From Rubripirellula sp. (GTDB taxonomy: Bacteria > Planctomycetota > Planctomycetia > Pirellulales > Pirellulaceae), in the NCBI GenBank assembly GCA_965216875.1, contig OZ244207.1, positions 8,192,001-8,256,000 of the forward strand: a stretch of DNA of 64,000 bases, in the 5' to 3' direction. Both the position numbers and the translations under genes were made by a program. This document shows, in pieces, positions 61,384 to 64,000 of this stretch (the first letter of the stretch is position 1; each line of letters begins with the position of its first letter). The notes beneath the pieces were generated by a model. That model was not told the origin of the DNA. It saw only the letters and a program-made list of their open reading frames with translations, and ran no database searches.

Positions 61384-61710
61384 TCAGCCAGCCGAATCGA
61401 GGGCTTCTTGAAGGGCCGATTTCGGGCGAACACCAACAAAGCTCTCGGTCACTTCGCCACCTTTGAACACCAACAGGGTTGGGATGCTGTTGATGCCAAA
61501 GCGTTGGGCAACGCCTGGGTTGTCGTCGATGTTGACTTTGCCAATGGTTGCGTTGGGGTTTTCACTTGCCAGCTCATCAATCATGGGAGCGATCTGGCGG
61601 CAAGGTCCGCACCAAGGTGCCCAGAAGTCAACCAAGACAGCGCCGTCGGCTTGCAGTACATCGCTGTCAAAGTTCTCGTCGTTAAACTCTTTTACGGCAT
61701 CAGAAGCCAT
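61384..61710 (-). CDS. trxA: Thioredoxin
   Basis: DFWAPWCGPC, SIPTL; start moved to the ATG at 61710 (108 aa). Confidence 0.97.
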   Translation of the reverse strand: MASDAVKEFNDENFDSDVLQADGAVLVDFWAPWCGPCRQIAPMIDELASENPNATIGKVNIDDNPGVAQRFGINSIPTLLVFKGGEVTESFVGVRPKSALQEALDSAG

Positions 61711-61847
61711 TTCGAAGGTCCTTACTATGCAAAGGTTGGGTTGTTTTTGGGCATCAAATGGGGCTGTTGCGGTGAACCTCCCCTGCACTGACGCTGGGCT
61801 GCCCCGCGTCTGACAGGACATTGCCCCCGTGCTGACACTGCGTCGGA

Positions 61848-61875
61848 ATTGTAGAACCGACTCCCGCCGTGTCAA
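61848..61875 (-). promoter_or_regulatory. Putative sigma70 promoter of trxA
   Basis: TTGACA-16 nt-TACAAT on the minus strand. Confidence 0.6.
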
Positions 61876-61975
61876 TTTGCAGGCCACAAGGGTAACGCGA
61901 TCGTGCCGTTTCCAGTACCCCACGCCTAAAATGCCCCGCCGTTGACGGTGGAATCTGTCACCCCCGACTCCCACC

Positions 61976-62180
61976 CTCGTTACCCCGCTCCGCGTGGTAA
62001 CGCACTCCTCCGGACGCTCCGCGTCCTCTTCGTAGGTTATGCTCCGCATGACGGGCGTCCGCGGTACGCGTCGCGCCAAGAGCCCGGCCGCTTACGCGAT
62101 CGCGGCTCACAGGTGAGCCGATGGCCGGCTGGCCACGGCGTGAAAGAGCGCAAGGCCTGACGCAATCGCGTGCGGCTCAC
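61976..62180. repeat. Mixed REP-like cluster
   Basis: CGTTACCCCGCTCCGCGTGGTAACG palindrome; GTAGGTTATGCTCCGCATGAC at 62032; GTGAG-type copies 62082-62180. Confidence 0.75.
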
Positions 62181-62201
62181 GGGAATTCTCAGCCCGGCTG
62201 C

Positions 62202-62870
62202 TTACGCCGTTTCGGCGAGCGCCGGCGCGGCGATTTCGGCAAGTTCATCCAGGATCATCGCCGTGGCTCCCCAGATTCGATGCGACCCACATTGAATCGC
62301 ACTGGCTGAAAAGGCAATTTCGTCAACAAGCTGTTCGTCTTTCCGCAACGCCTTGCGTTGTGTCATGACGTGTCGATGGCGCGGATCGCACAACGTTTCC
62401 AGTGGCAACATCACCACCTCGGCAACCTCGGTCGGGTCGGGATGCCACGGTTGGGCCGGTGCCTCGATCTCGACCACAAACGAATAAACCACGTTGTTGC
62501 TGGCGTAAACGTACTGCTTCGAAAGCTCGCCAAGTTCACGTTGGACATTTGCCACAACGCCAAGCTCTTCGTGAAATTCTCGGAGCGCTGCCTGCATCGG
62601 CGACTCGCCCGATTCAATGCGCCCGCCCGGCAATGAGATTTGCCCGCCATGATGCTGCAGCACAAATGGCCGTAGCGTCAGAGGAATCACCCATTCACCG
62701 TCTGGGTCGCGGAACATGGCGATCACAACGGCGGCATGCCTCGCATCGGACCTTTCCGGGCCTCGGTGCCGGCCATAAGAAAGCGCGGGCGATAGACGGC
62801 AAGACCGTGCCGCGTGCACCTGCGGGCGCTGGCGAGGCATTCGGTCCGCCAACCGATCAATGAACGTCAT
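62202..62870 (-). CDS. Nudix hydrolase (CoA pyrophosphatase-like)
   Basis: HGGQISLPGGRIESGESPMQAALREFHEELG, IWGATA. Confidence 0.9.
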   Translation of the reverse strand: MTFIDRLADRMPRQRPQVHAARSCRLSPALSYGRHRGPERSDARHAAVVIAMFRDPDGEWVIPLTLRPFVLQHHGGQISLPGGRIESGESPMQAALREFHEELGVVANVQRELGELSKQYVYASNNVVYSFVVEIEAPAQPWHPDPTEVAEVVMLPLETLCDPRHRHVMTQRKALRKDEQLVDEIAFSASAIQCGSHRIWGATAMILDELAEIAAPALAETA

Positions 62871-62975
62871 CGTGATTCACGCTCGATCACCTCCACACTT
62901 CCAGGCTTCGTCACGCTGCCACAACCGCGTGGCAGTTAGGCTCCGTGGGATCGACCCTGGTTGTAGAGCGGCATG

Positions 62976-63725
62976 CTAGAACAAGGTTTCAAGCAGCCGT
63001 CGCAGCTTGCGCAGTTCGACACGGTGGTCGAGCCCTTCCATCGGCGTCATGTGCACCGTCAATGCGCGGTCGTATTTGTCCCGCTCGAGCTGAGTCACAA
63101 GTTTGCCGTAGTCGACTTCACCTTGGCCAACGCTGACTTGAAACGCGTCGGGACGTGAATCGCGCAAATGACAGTTGCAAACAAACTTTAGGATCTTGTC
63201 GAGGCTTTTGCCATTGGCTTGACCGGTGATGTAAACGCTCGGGTCGAGCGTGATGCCCAGGCCGTCGACGTTGTTGCAAAGGACCATCAAGGTGTCAGGG
63301 TCCTCGCTCAAGCAACCCAGTTGGCTGCGAACGGCGACGCGAATCCCTTCCGACTCGGCGATGCTCACTAGCTGCTGGAGCCGTTCAACTTCTTCATTAA
63401 AAGGGGTGCCCTGTTCGGCCGAAGGCACCGTCAAGTTGACCACTTTGGTCGCTTTGGCGATGCGACAAATCCCTTTGAAGTCCTCGTAGTATTGGTCGCC
63501 AGTCGAACCAAGCTCGACGCTGTATCCCGAGATATCGAGACGATGCGTGTGTCGCAAGAGCTGGATGCCGCGATCTGGATCGGCCAACAAGTCACTTGGT
63601 TTGACGTGCGGTGCCGACTCGTGCATCGCAATTTCCACCGCGCGAAAATCGAGGTCCTGCAGGATCTCGATCGCCTCACGCAGTTCAGTGCCGGGAAAAC
63701 ATTCCGTCGAAGCGGCAACAAACAC
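62976..63725 (-). CDS. Sugar phosphate isomerase/epimerase (xylose isomerase-like TIM barrel)
   Basis: AVEI, ITLDPS, CHLRD, GQGEVDY. Confidence 0.75.
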   Translation of the reverse strand: MFVAASTECFPGTELREAIEILQDLDFRAVEIAMHESAPHVKPSDLLADPDRGIQLLRHTHRLDISGYSVELGSTGDQYYEDFKGICRIAKATKVVNLTVPSAEQGTPFNEEVERLQQLVSIAESEGIRVAVRSQLGCLSEDPDTLMVLCNNVDGLGITLDPSVYITGQANGKSLDKILKFVCNCHLRDSRPDAFQVSVGQGEVDYGKLVTQLERDKYDRALTVHMTPMEGLDHRVELRKLRRLLETLF

Positions 63726-63852
63726 CTTGGATTCCTTTCTTTTACAACTCGCTGAAAAACCACTCGTTTACCAGGATCGCCACAGCTTACCGAGATACCG
63801 CGGTGCCGAAAATCCCGATTGATTTCATTAACCCGATTTCATCTTCCGTTCA

Positions 63853-64000
63853 TCACTCGCGATTGCTAGCAAACGCGACGATCCTCTTGGCCACTTCCTC
63901 GATACCAAGGGTTGCGGTGTCGATCCGCAGGTCGGCGACCTCATCGTAAAACGGACGGCGCTGGCTCATCAGGCTTTCAATCTCGGACTCGAAATCAAGG
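63853..64000 (-). CDS. aroK: Shikimate kinase, C-terminal end (partial)
   Basis: Minus strand reads LDFESEIESLMSQRRPFYDEVADLRIDTATLGIEEVAKRIVAFASNRE*, the R.P.Y..AD..IDT pattern. Confidence 0.7.
   Translation of the reverse strand, partial: LDFESEIESLMSQRRPFYDEVADLRIDTATLGIEEVAKRIVAFASNRE

Noticed and set aside
61711..62079. N-terminal extension making a 231-aa thioredoxin
   Set aside because: Runs through REP repeats and the predicted promoter; the canonical 108-aa TrxA starts at 61710

Overview
Chromosomal window from a Planctomycetota bacterium, most likely Pirellulaceae. The assignment rests on DUF1501, DUF1559, two giant Planc_extracel/dockerin surface proteins and a sulfatase; all family calls come from motif recognition by eye, not database searches. 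The left part holds murQ (3' end), an amino-sugar kinase, a GH105-like fusion, tRNA-Leu, an RNase Z-like gene and the tRNA(Thr-Tyr-Gly-Thr)-tuf-tRNA(Trp)-secE-nusG-rplK cluster, with no rplA following. The rest is mixed accessory and housekeeping genes ending in rnc, trxA, a Nudix hydrolase, a TIM-barrel isomerase and aroK (3' end). Intergenic gaps are dense with several REP-like palindrome families; no transposase, prophage or CRISPR array was found. The best candidate for an undescribed system is a translationally coupled four-gene operon (34853-37869, minus strand). It encodes a degenerate nucleotidyltransferase-fold protein, a zinc-ribbon/multi-TM membrane protein ending in a 38-residue Gly/Ser tail with 8 Cys, an intact DUF692 (MNIO) oxidase and a small helical partner. 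Other notable items: an apparently circularly permuted alkaline phosphatase, an orphan PGM1-like ATP-grasp ligase, a dead M14-peptidase/GH105 fusion, an HSP90 paralog with a TPR-like partner, and REP elements that supply stop codons.
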